This document shows, piece by piece, positions 1-11,808 of a stretch of 64,000 nucleotides of DNA. Both the position numbers and the translations under genes were made by a program. The stretch's first letter is position 1. Every line of letters starts with the position of its first letter. The notes beneath the pieces are model-generated. The model was not told the DNA's origin and made no database searches. It worked only from the letters and a program-made list of their open reading frames with translations. The DNA lies in the NCBI RefSeq assembly GCF_000150275.1, contig NW_002060967.1, forward strand, positions 124,001-188,000, given 5' to 3'. The stretch is from Trichoplax adhaerens (taxonomy: Eukaryota > Animalia > Placozoa).

Positions 1-759
1 CCTTAATTATTATTTTTCACTACGGATAAACAAGTATCAATTCCATCATCATTTCTATACGTTGTTCACTAGATAATTTGATTGATCGATTGCAATCAAT
101 TTGGAGTTATCATCCTTGTTAAAGAAGTCTTTGATAATAAAATGGATGTTGTAGCCATTACTTCGTCCTAGTGAGAATGTTATAGCATGAACTACTCGAT
201 CGATCATGGTGAATCTAGTAGTTTATGGTTGTAGCATTCATAGATGTCACGACTACGACAAATAATGAATCTATCTGCCCTAATTCCTAGACATTACCAG
301 TCTATCATACATAACAATTCGCTGCATGCAGTAGACTTGCTTTGCATTTGTGATTGATTTTGATCTATAGTATCATCATCACTGACATAAAGTTATACTA
401 TACTATCACCAAGATTACGATAGTATAACGAATGTGTCTGCTACATACTTTAAATCGTTGGTGTAATACTATTCAATGCAAAGATAGCCGAATAGTCATG
501 GATAAAGTGGGGCAAAAAATAGTTTTGCTAAAACGATAATGACTAATTCTGAAGAAAAAAGCCGAAAAAGCAATAGGAGGGAAGATACACGCACGTATGT
601 CAAAACGCATAAAAAGCGCCGAGTTACAGTCACCATCTTGACGCACTAATTAGCTAATTAGCACTAAAATGACCCATCCAATCATAGGAGATGTAAGTAT
701 TCATTAGCAGCAAGATTGGAAAAGTTGGCGTCCATGTATGACATGGTTGGACTAGAATA

Positions 760-1140
760 CTACAATTTATTTGGATCATGTCTCTGTAAGGTGGAATTGG
801 ATGTTGACTTACTTGATTCTAAATCATCTTCAGGTTGCAATTCACTAGGTGAATCAGGAGAGTCAATGTCTCCTTTTAATAATTGTGCAAGATGAGGATA
901 ACTCTCTTGTAGAGCAAGGCGAAAGCTACGAAATGCCCGATAACCTTTCTCAGGAATGAGATCCAATAATGCCCGAGCTCGATCGGCGTTGGTTTCTTTA
1001 GCTTCGATACGTTCACAATCATCACGAGTGACAATTTCTTGCGAATATAAGATGTCTAATATGCGACGGACTCGCATATCTTGTACAATTGCCACTCGAT
1101 GCTTGATTAATAGATGGCGTTGGCTTTCTGTAGCAGCCAT
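760..1140 (-). CDS. CARD (death-fold) domain protein, RAIDD/caspase-prodomain-like CARD with acidic Ser/Pro-rich tail
   Basis: ORF begins aaaATGG. LLIKHRVAIVQDMRVRRILDILYSQEIVTRDDCERIEAKETNADRARALLDLIPEKGYRAFRSFRLALQESYPHLAQLL fits the CARD pattern (R..L...l....ilD.L....vl.....e.I....T...+a..LLd.l..kG..AF..F..aL....phLa.lL). A GTAAGT donor after 813 may splice to an alternative last exon at 548..496. Confidence 0.88.
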   Translation of the reverse strand: MAATESQRHLLIKHRVAIVQDMRVRRILDILYSQEIVTRDDCERIEAKETNADRARALLDLIPEKGYRAFRSFRLALQESYPHLAQLLKGDIDSPDSPSELQPEDDLESSKSTSNSTLQRHDPNKL

Positions 1141-1614
1141 TTTAAATGTAAATTATCGCCTTGGGCTGCTGCTACGTGTTAATGAATGTCCGCTCCGATT
1201 GCTGAAAGTTCCTAGCTGCTTCTTTTTATACGCCACTGCAATGAGTGACAGATCGACAGACTGCTTGCATCCAGTCATGGATTTCCAGTATGGGGGTTCC
1301 CAAAGGCTTCTTTCTTCCGCTGTCTTGATGTCAATCATAACATGGATCCTATTCACTCATGGTTGCTCTAACATTTGCAGCATTAGACAAACTTTCCCAG
1401 ACTACCAATGGCATCCATTTCAATCTCGTCCAGAAGTGTACTCGGTGGAATCAAACCTAGCCATGGACGCTATGTCAGCGACGACTAGCCAAAGTCTAAT
1501 AATATAATTTCCCCATCAAAAATAAAAATAACAAACAAAGTTATGGATACTTGGAGGATTGCAACATGATCTAATTTGATTACCATGTAGTGTATGTGCT
1601 CCTACTGTATTCAG

Positions 1615-2500
1615 CATCATGGACTACTAGAAGGAAAGCTAGGCTGATTTTTCTTCTACTGTACACTGAGTATGCCGTAATCAAGTCTACATGTATGTTC
1701 ATAACGATCGCAAATTCAAGGTCTTATATCAACAATGTTAAGGGATACTGGAAGGATTGAAGCAGAATTCTCCCCCCAATTTTATCATCGTATTCCATAC
1801 AGCGTAACCCACTTGCTAATCGATTCTGTACTCATTACTCCTTGTCATAGACTATTGGAAGAAACTTAGGCTGCATTTTCTTCTATGTCATGGACTACTC
1901 GAAAAATACCAAGGCACCATTTTCTTCTATCATGGACTACAGGAAGAAAGTTTGGCTACACTTTCCTCTAGTAGGTCCATGTTAATTTACTCGCTACTCA
2001 GTGTCATGGACTACTGGAAGAAAACTTAGGCTACATTTTCTTCTAGTAGGTCCTGCAGCGAATAAAAGTCACGTAACACAAATCCCATACAAGCAATCAA
2101 AGTGATGGACACTTTGAGCATTTTAGTATGATTCAATTTGATGAAGGATTTCCATATAGCGTAGTGATTATGTATGGTGTTTGTTAGACATAATTCAGGA
2201 TGTCATCCATAGTAGAAGAAAAAATATGGAGGACTTTAGACTCTTGCTTGTATCTTCTAATCCAACATGGACTGTCAAGGAATACAGTAATAAAGAAATA
2301 ATAATCACGATACAGCACAGTGCATGAGGACTCATTCAGATGAAGTCCTATGCATATCGTATAATCTACCAAGGACTACTGCTACCACTGTTTGGTTTTC
2401 TTCTAGTAGTCCATAAATATACTCAGTGCGAAGTGACAGTGATTAAGAACCCCAAACCCACAAATATATACAGTCAAGGATTACTAGATGAGAAAGTAGT
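1615..2500. repeat. Cluster of ~45-50 bp imperfect palindromic (hairpin) repeats, consensus catggactactggaagaaa-loop-ttttcttctagtag(g)tccatg
   Basis: Copies start near 1618, 1846, 1888, 1931, 2005 and 2372, with a partial copy at 2476. The arms GGACTACTGGAAGAAAA and TTTTCTTCTAGTAGGTCC are near reverse complements. Confidence 0.8.
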
Positions 2501-3039
2501 CGAGTAGTCGGTACGCAAAGTATCTCCAGCGATAGGGTAAACTATCATTTAAATCGATTCTCATCATCATGATGGAAAGCAACGTTTTGCCGACAGAGAC
2601 ATGACAGCGATTAAAGTCTGCCACTCAAGCTATCCGAGTTCCTTGATGACTTTTCCGTATTTCTAATTTTTATCGTAGATGTGTCTATCTCTAGTTATTA
2701 ATGAACAACGTTCTATTTCTACTCGTACGCATATTTTAGAGATTCTTTTTCTACTCTATTATATACACGTTTTGCATAACTAATTTTCATTCTGAGCTAA
2801 CTTGTGATCACATCGGATTCCATTCCAATTTGCAATAGTTGGCAATGACGTTAATCATTTTGACCCTGTTCAAATTGTTGTTTTTAGTGTATTTATTATC
2901 CCTAGGAGGAATCATTAGAATCAATCATTGATTGCAATATTGATCCAATGGCGGCACTGTACTCTCTTCAACACAGCAATGTCATAATCCTACTTTGAAA
3001 GGATAAATGGTATAACCTGTTGCCATCAACTAGCACAGT

Positions 3040-4130
3040 ATATTTCCTTCAAATGAAAGGCTTAATCCATCTACCATTCTATCGACCAGTAGGTATATCG
3101 TAGAAGCTGTTACCTGCCAAGAATAGGATATAACAGCTTGAACGTATACTGTAGTCATGGACGAGGAGAAGAAGATCTTTTCGCTTTCTGGTCTTCGAAC
3201 AGTCCATGCTGCAATATATTCCCTCTCAATGAAGGCCTTAAATTAATACGTATATCCATCATTGAATCTGCTCGTAGAACGTATAATCTGATGCCTTCTA
3301 CTGATAGGATATAACAGCTTGAACGTATACTGTAGTCATGGACGAGGAGAAGAAGATCTTTTCGCTTTGTGGTCTTCCAACAGTCCATGCTGCAATATAT
3401 TCCCTCTCAATGAAGGCCTTCAATTAATACGTACATCCATCATTGAATCTGCTCGTAGAACGTTTAAGCTGATGCCTTCTACTGATAGGATACAACAGCT
3501 TGAACGTATACTGTAGTCATGGACTAGGAGAAGAAGATCTTATAGTTTTGTGGTCTTCTTCGAGCAGTCCATGGCAGAGTAGATTCCCTTCAAATGAAGG
3601 GAATCATTACACTCATTCAATCTACTCGTTTATCGTACAACCTGCTGTCATCCCCTAATAATAATAATAGGAGATACAACAGTTTGTATGTCTAGTCGCG
3701 AGAAAAAGATGCTTTACCTTGGTGATCTTCTTTTAGCAGTCCATGGTAGAGTTAATTCCCTTTCAATGAAAGCCTTAATACACTTCTAATTCAATGAACT
3801 CGTATAGCCTACAATCTGCTGCCCTCCACTGATAGGATACAACAGCTTGAACGCATAGTCACGGACTACGAGAAGAAGATGGTTTACCTTTGTGGTCTTC
3901 TAGCAGTCCTTATGAAGGCCATCATGACACTCATCATTCCATTTACTCGTATTTCGCACAACCTGCTGCCATCCACAGATAGGACACAACAGCTTGTACG
4001 TCCAGTCGCAAACTACAAAAAGGAGATGCCTTAGCTTTGTGGTCTTCTTCTAACAGTCTATGGTAGAGTAGATTCCATTCAAATGGAAGACCTTAATACA
4101 CTTGTAATTCAATCTACCAGTATATCATGC
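3040..4130. repeat. Tandem repeat, ~181 bp unit, about 6 copies of decreasing identity, each containing the same hairpin motif
   Basis: cagcttgaacgtatactgtagtcatggac recurs at ~3134, 3315 and 3496 (period 181), with degenerate units at ~3680, 3843 and 3990. Confidence 0.9.
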
Positions 4131-5832
4131 AGTCCTATTTTGCCATCAGTAGACGGGCGTGTAGACTGTTTAGTAATAGGATTCCCAATTATACATGTGA
4201 TTTTTGGTTGAGTAGACGGTACAGTGCAAGTTGATGGATAAGTGTCCCTTGCCTACAGGATATGATTCTGGTGAATAAGCAGAATCAAAATCCTGATACT
4301 TTTCAGACTCTAAAGACCAATCTAAATCACTAAGTTTCCCATTCAGGAAAACAGTCTATAGACTAGGTGTTTCATTTCGTTGTCGCTGTAGTCATCCTTA
4401 TTGGTAGAGTGTCAGGTAACAATCATGCAATCTTCACTCCTCTTTTTGTAGATCCATAAATAAGCCAACCATGCCGGCAGATTTCAAGTAGACCATTGAA
4501 GAAAAAAATGACACATGGCAGAGGATTAATGGCATCATGGGGAGGAAGAAAAACAAACGGATTCAAATTAATTTTCACTCTGTGCTGAAGGAGTGAACAA
4601 TACCATACCGGCGATTGTGTTTCTTGAAATTCCACTCCAAGACAGCATTTTCTATCCATCATGTGGATCGACTTGATACTATGGCTGTGCAATCTATTGA
4701 TTTCTACATGGACAACTAGGTAATTATCATGTAGACAGATCCAATCCAATCGATTGATTCTACATGGTCTACAAAGTAATTATGTGGATGGATACAATTG
4801 ACCATTGAATCAGGTTATCAATCATTATGATAATGATGCTTTGGATAGAAAGGCAGAATAGGAATCGTCTTACGTCTCTTTAGTCATGTTAATCCTTGCT
4901 TGATTCATTTTGAAGCATTACTCCAATACATATCACTAGACTATAGTTTTAAAGACAAAAAAAAACACAAGATACCAGGAAACGAGAACAGCCCCAACTG
5001 ATGCAAAACAAAGATGGAATGCCAATCATGGTGACGTTGCCGTTGATGGTGGCCACTGATGGCCATTTCCCATCTACAAAAGCTTGCTATTGAACGACCT
5101 TGCCATATTCGATCAGCATGATAGCTGCCAGGTTAGAAAGGACGAGTGAACTACTGGAAAAATTGCAAAGCTCTTTTCATCGCGTTAGACCAATTCTACC
5201 ATTTTGTACTTTAGTCATGGATTGAAAACAGCCTATCGAGCGGTAACAGAGCTACAAGAACAAAATAGGCGTTCCACATCTCAATCAAGCCTTTTCTCTT
5301 CACGACTCGATCAAATGTCTGAAACAGCCTGTCCCACTACAGGAAGAAAGAAGCGTTCTATAGCTAAAAGTCGAACTAGACATGACATAGACCTCCCCCC
5401 GCCATCTTCCTTTATTAGCCGTCCGCCACACACAGAGTTTTCCTGAATTGTTAGCAACCGTTCTGCCACTCCTTTCCTGCTCGACCATTGCGTCAATAGA
5501 ATCAAAAGAATATAAATGTCCTGTCCTGTCCATCACAGCAGCCAGTACTGTAGTATAGAACATATTGTCGATGACATATATACTGTATATTTAGTGCAAT
5601 ATATAAACATTTCGTTAGCTCCAACGGCAAACATCAATCGAACCTTTCCAAAGTCGACTACGGAGAAGAAAGAGTGAAACCTTTTCGGCAGACGACGATC
5701 TTGTGTAATAGAAGGGAAATTCGATCAGGTAGTTCTTTCCTCTTCACTTTGGCCGTTATTAGCCGACTGTTCTCCCCTATTCCTTTTGGCCATCCTTGTG
5801 TACAGTGAAAGATCAATCAAAGAGAGAAAGAG

Positions 5833-8800
5833 ATGCGTCAAAGTATTCTTTACTGTGTGATTAGCGTTTGCCTAGTGACATTGTATCCAGCACCTTTCCA
5901 AGCGCAAAATTCACTCATACTATCATGCGAATTGAACTGGAAACAAAGTCTACGTAAATCGTTGTGTGCTCGATCCTGCTTAGGGGTAAGAAGGAAATAC
6001 AGTACAAAACATGAATAGAATCATTTATTTTGCACCAGGACACACCTGTAGTTGATGGTTATGTCAATGGACTTGAAAATGATTTTCATGAGCCATCATA
6101 AACGAGTTGCCATCATCAATTCGACTTGGCAAAGGAGAATCTAGTCCGATAGCTTCGATAATCCGAGTATACTGTATTAGTCGATACGATGACATAGAGT
6201 AAACCAAAAAAAATCTTCACCTTGACATAACCAATTGACCATCCTCGACTACTACTGTAAACCGGTTACGATGGCACCTTGTACCGCAAAGATAAATTAG
6301 CGGTGAACGTTATAAAAACACAAAAAAACAAAATGCACTAATAAATGCTTCAAAAAAATCAAAATACCCGTCATAAAATCAATCTTTCATCAATAATGGC
6401 CCGTACAATATACAGTACTTGTACGTGTTGGCTTTCTATGCCTAAGGATAGAAACAAAAAATGCAGTGCAACCAGTTTTTGTACCACCCATCATTTTGTT
6501 TACCTTGATAAATTATTGCAAAATGAGAACATATTCATTGGGAATCATATTTAAACAGGCGTTTCAGTTACGCCATATGTTATTAATTGAATGGATGATC
6601 ATTTATTGATTACATCCTATCTTGCTTCAGGATGTTGTTCTCAATGACTTCTAAATTACCAATTTCCGTATCTGACGTCCTGATCATTTTATATCATCAT
6701 TGACATTGATTGAATCAACAAATCGGCCACCATAGAATTGAAAATGAGATCCAGGATCAAATATTTTCTTATCATTTCATTGACATGAGCATACAGTAAT
6801 AACTGTACTCACTTTTCCTCTACTGTTTACTTCATATTTTATTGATGCAGAATCATTAATGTAGACGAACAACATTGAACGGATCACTCGGATAATGAAT
6901 TCTAATATATCATTTCCATCTTTCTTTCTTTTTTTTTGCCCGTTTCCATTCTCGACTGATAGCAGTTCTAGTCACGTCACAAGGTAGCAAAGTTACTTAT
7001 TAAGAACGAGCGCAATGCAGTAACAGTAATTAATTAAAAAAGCAGAAATAAAAACATTCACTTGGACGATGGTGTTGACCACCATCGGTCGGTGGCGAAA
7101 TGATCGGATCAAATGATCTTCCGTTCTTCATCCTTTGAACTTTATTTCAGCTGATTACACTAATCGATCATTTTTTATAGCATAATAATTCTATCAATAC
7201 AGCGACTGCATTGGTGTCAAAAACCAGCTTTATAACAATGATAACGGAAGACAAATCTCTAAATTATTATAGTCTCCGGGATTGAGTGTCCCTTAACTAT
7301 CTCACAAGAATTGAGACGCCTTTGCTTCTACGTTAAACAACTATAGAACTCCTCTTTTATTCCACTATTGGCCGAGCTTAAATACCCTCTGGCAGCTACT
7401 ATCATGTATGAATCATAACAGTTCGTGAAATTTAGTTCACTTTGGATAGCTAAACTAGTGCAGAAATTATTCATAATCTTAGACATAGAGTATACTAAAT
7501 GATTGTAGATAATTAGATTACAGTATGTCCAATTATTAGGCCCAGCCATAATAACTCCGATTACTCAGATACTCAGCGTAAATAGCTTAAACGATGATAT
7601 ATTATTCTAGGAGCACAGAATTATTTATAGTATCATCTATAATTGAATATCTTCAAGATATTCATTACAGGCGTTACAAGACATATCACCATAATCAATT
7701 AACATTACTTACTGTATAAGAACTCTTACTAAGGTACACCATAATTGACTGTAACAAAATAAATAACTAACCTAGTTCTTACTGTATGTCCATTATTAGT
7801 TATCCCCATCTAGAAATGTTAACCACTAAATTTAGTCATTTACTCTTCACGGTGGTTCGTACCGTGACAATTGGCAACCACCATCCTTAGTTCAAACTAT
7901 TTCCCCCTATTCTAATCCATTTCAATGTGTTTATCATCTACTGTACTGTATTTCCAGTGGATTACCATCGTAGTAATGATGTGCAGTTATTGTACAATAA
8001 ACAAATGAAATACGATCAAGATTATCAACAGAGTTGTGTCCATTTACCTCATTTTTATATTGACTGTACAGTGTGTGAGAATGGATTCATTTCTTCTCCA
8101 GGAAATCATATTTCATATTACTGTACCTACCAAATTCTCTATAAATCATCTATTTGCTACCATTTCCTGTATTCAAAATAGACTAAAGCCGAGATCATGC
8201 AGTCTTCTGGGGGGGAGGGTACCGGTATTAATAAGGAAAAAAGCGATCATAATTAATAAATCAATTTGGTACAACATCATCAAAACTACTCGTAAACTGC
8301 AAAGGATAAATGACACTATACATACAGTATGTGAAAACACGTAGCTTTTGATGTCTATATCTGTAACCTAATAATTGCACTCGATACATAGCTCACGAAA
8401 TTGATCAATCGATTCATTAGTTTAATGTTCTAACTGCTCCATACTATCTTTCATTTTTTTACATGTAAGCGTACTCATTGTTTTTCTCGCGCTAACTTGA
8501 TAACTCTTGCCCTAGATGAACACAATCAATGAAAGACTTACATGTTGCAATCCTAATAAATGCAACGATCCTTGTATTTATGGTTGCTTAACAGCATGCT
8601 TGGAACCTTGGACTAAAAGTTACAATTGCTTGGAAACCTGTACTAATAAATACGCTGGTAGGCTAGAAGAATACTCATGTTGGAATGCCTGCTACTTGAT
8701 GAAAAAAATCCATCAACAATCCTACTGTAAGCCCTTACTTTGTACCAGTAATTTTATCTTGATAATTTTAAGGCTTTCACTTATCAGTAAGTTATCATAT

Positions 8801-11800
8801 CTGAAAGATTCAGTTACAACCAATTTAATGGACCTTACAGTGCAAGAATTGCGTCAATTCATTGTTACTATTACCACGCAGAAAATAAAGTCAGTCAAAA
8901 GATCGGTTTCATTATAATTAACTAGCAGTACTGTAGAACAGTTGTATTATTTACAGCTTGTTTACAGTGAATAAGCCTATAATTAATAAAGTCTTGCTAC
9001 ATAAATTTAGTATTATTCAAAGAGTTTACTTAATATTGATCAATTGTGCTACATGGATATGATTGATATATCGTAAATGATATATTTCGCCGTTAAGGCT
9101 ATGTATTTTAAATAATAATAATAATAGAAAGTATTAAAAGAATTTGTAATTTTCCAATAATATAGCATTTGAAGATTGTAAAATATATTTTCTGCCTCAA
9201 ATTATAAACAACGGTAAGGAGTAGAGTTATTTCATTTTCTTATACTTAACAACGACTGGATATTCTAACAATGTTTCACATTCTGCCTTGATGCAGTAGA
9301 ATAGCATCAAGCTAGAGTAAATAATAATCGACTACATAATCTTGCGATATTGTATACTCTCACTATAGCCTCAATATTACAAAAGATACGTGGACCCATT
9401 AACTGCTTACCTTTTACTGGACCAAAGAAATATCATGTGTCTACGTTGAGAAATTCCACTACAGACAGCACCCCCGTTATTTCTCAAGATGGATACCGGA
9501 ATGAACGTTGTACTTGCTCACCACCTGAGCTACATAATGCTAGTATCAGTAACTACCTCGTTACGCCAACTTTTAAAAAAATTACAGTCAACAGCAATGG
9601 TAATTTTGTAATAGAAATTCGGTGGTTACGTGCATTAGGTTCGTATTACACTATACCATGAAGGGCTAATTTTACCTTCTGAATCTTATTCGATTGAGAG
9701 AATGTTACTATTAGCAATTGCTTGAAGTTTAAAGATCAAACTATACCGTACAATACCAAAATGACCAAATTTTAACGTCTTTCAGTTTATTAAATTTTCG
9801 CTCGCCGCTTTCCTTTATGTAGGCTATCATAATGACTTTGAGGTACAGTTTATTGTGCCGATTAGGAATCCACCCAACGGTACCCGCCGGAAATGCAACA
9901 TCACAACAGAAACGAACATCAAAATTGTAATAGATCGCATTGCCAATTTATCCCACGCAGACGTACATGAAAAAGGCATTGACTTTATTATCCTTCGAAT
10001 TCCTAATCCGAGCAATTTTTATCATTCGCAAACCATTGGAAACAAGGTGACTATGGCTGCTGAAGTCAAGAAAAAATATTACCAAAAGTACAGGGAATAT
10101 TTCCCCAGCGATACCGGTTAGTCATAAACACCCTCAAAACCAATTAATACAGTAAATTATAAAGCGAATAGAGTCGTCTGAATATAATCGTTAGTTTTCA
10201 ATAGAATCTATTGCTAGATCATGGCTCACACATTATCAACACTGCAGTAGTTTTTTATGCCAAATTCAAAAACTTTAGATAAATAATATCTGTTAATAGT
10301 TCGTTGCAACTCAATTCGCTAACTATAAATCACTACAACATGAAAGTACCATTCTAATTAAAGTCCTATCTAATAATGCACTATACCATTGCTAGAACCA
10401 ATAATGTAACGATTAATTCTAAGGGTATAATAAATACTGCTCTGCTCATACTAAGTTTGAAAATTTAACGATTAAACATCTTATTTTTTATGCAGCTAAA
10501 ATACCTCCAGAGGCGGTTGCATTGATTTGCTTGGCTAGTGCAATAGCTTTAATTGGCACTTCCGTTTACTTATACTTGGCATACCATCTCAAGTGTAAGC
10601 TGTATTTTTAAATCATCATTTTTTATAGTATTAAAATTTTTTTAATTATACCAACCAGAGTGTACCGTTAGCTAACTGGAAGCATTTTCACTACAAGCGT
10701 TATCTTAAAAGTACAGTAGTTAAATGCAGATATTCGAAAAACTGATGCTGTCTAATAAAAAGATATTATCTATGCGTTAATTCTTATAGCAAAATTGAAT
10801 ATAGCGAATGGTATCACTGAAGAATTTTATCGGGATAGACTAACAGAATTGGATAGAGCTCTTAATCCGGGTTTGGGATAGATAGCTTTAATATTATTAT
10901 CCTGAAAAATAACACGTTTAGGCAATATACAGTACAATCGTATGTCATCTATACTTATACGTATGACTATCTAAATAAAATGATCACTTCTTTTATTCTT
11001 TATGGACAGTGTATCCTGTAGCTGAACGCACCATTAGCAGTCCCGACTATGTTAGCATAGTACATGATCTATTCGAAGAAAATATCGATTTAAATCTATT
11101 AAGATTTCTAGATGGTAACAGGATTGGTTACAATGTTGTTGGAGCAATTGATGACGATATAGCGACTCCAATCCCAGAAATAGTTATGAGGAAACTTACA
11201 ACATGTTCAAAGGTACTGTAGAATACTTATTGCTACTATTATGGCTGTTCTTATAGTAATAAATCACTAGTTTACAACATATTGGGAATGATCTCGAAAA
11301 TATTCCCTAATAATTATGTAGTGTAATGAAGCTGAATAACAGTTTACAAGTATTCGTATTCAACCATGTAACTACATTTTTATACTTATTCGGTTACGTC
11401 ACAACTTTCATTACGAATGAGTGCTATCATAGGTATAACGACAACTGTGGTTAATGGATTGTCTTTTTTAATTTTTGATTACAGATAATACTCTATCTAT
11501 CACCGGAATACATTCGAAATATCAATAAATACCAAAAACGTGATCTGCGAGACTTCGAAAACGATAGTCCTGAACTAATGTTTGCCAAATGTACATGGTC
11601 ATTAATGCTACGTAAACTTTATAATTGTCCTCGCAGTAATGATGTAATTGTGGTCACGAACACTTCGATATATCCTGGTTCATGGATAAGGTTTGCAAGA
11701 TATCATCTTGCCTTTCCTTCTACACAAATCCGTGATCTTAAGTACGATAATCACTATGATCCTCTACTACGCTGCCTACGAACAGCAAGGGCCGATTTAG

Positions 11801-11808
11801 AAACTTGA
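5833..11808 (+). CDS. Receptor 1: type I membrane protein, signal peptide + anosmin-like Cys box + FN3-like + TM + TIR/SEFIR-like domain (~544 aa, 8 exons)
   Basis: Exons 5833-5985, 8516-8726, 9369-9638, 9823-10116, 10496-10594 (TM: AVALICLASAIALIGTSVYLYLAY), 10790-10870, 11010-11212, 11485-11808. All introns are GT-AG with compatible phases (0,1,1,1,1,1,0), total 1635 nt open. Cytoplasmic motifs CSKIILYLSPEY and IRDLKY. Confidence 0.85.

Noticed and set aside
1153-1356. 67 aa minus-strand ORF just upstream of the CARD start
   Set aside because: Ends in a stop before the CARD ATG and has no motif. At most a uORF or 5' UTR sequence.
956-1507. 183 aa + strand ORF
   Set aside because: Antisense overlap with the CARD gene and no recognisable motif.
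3155-3516. ORFs inside the tandem repeat, and a possible CRISPR-like array
   Set aside because: The 181 bp period is not a multiple of 3. Spacers are copies of each other and there are no cas genes.
10396-10424. Candidate micro-exon in receptor 1 (TNNVTINSK)
   Set aside because: At 29 nt it breaks the phase and gives a stop in the required frame. The gene is open without it.
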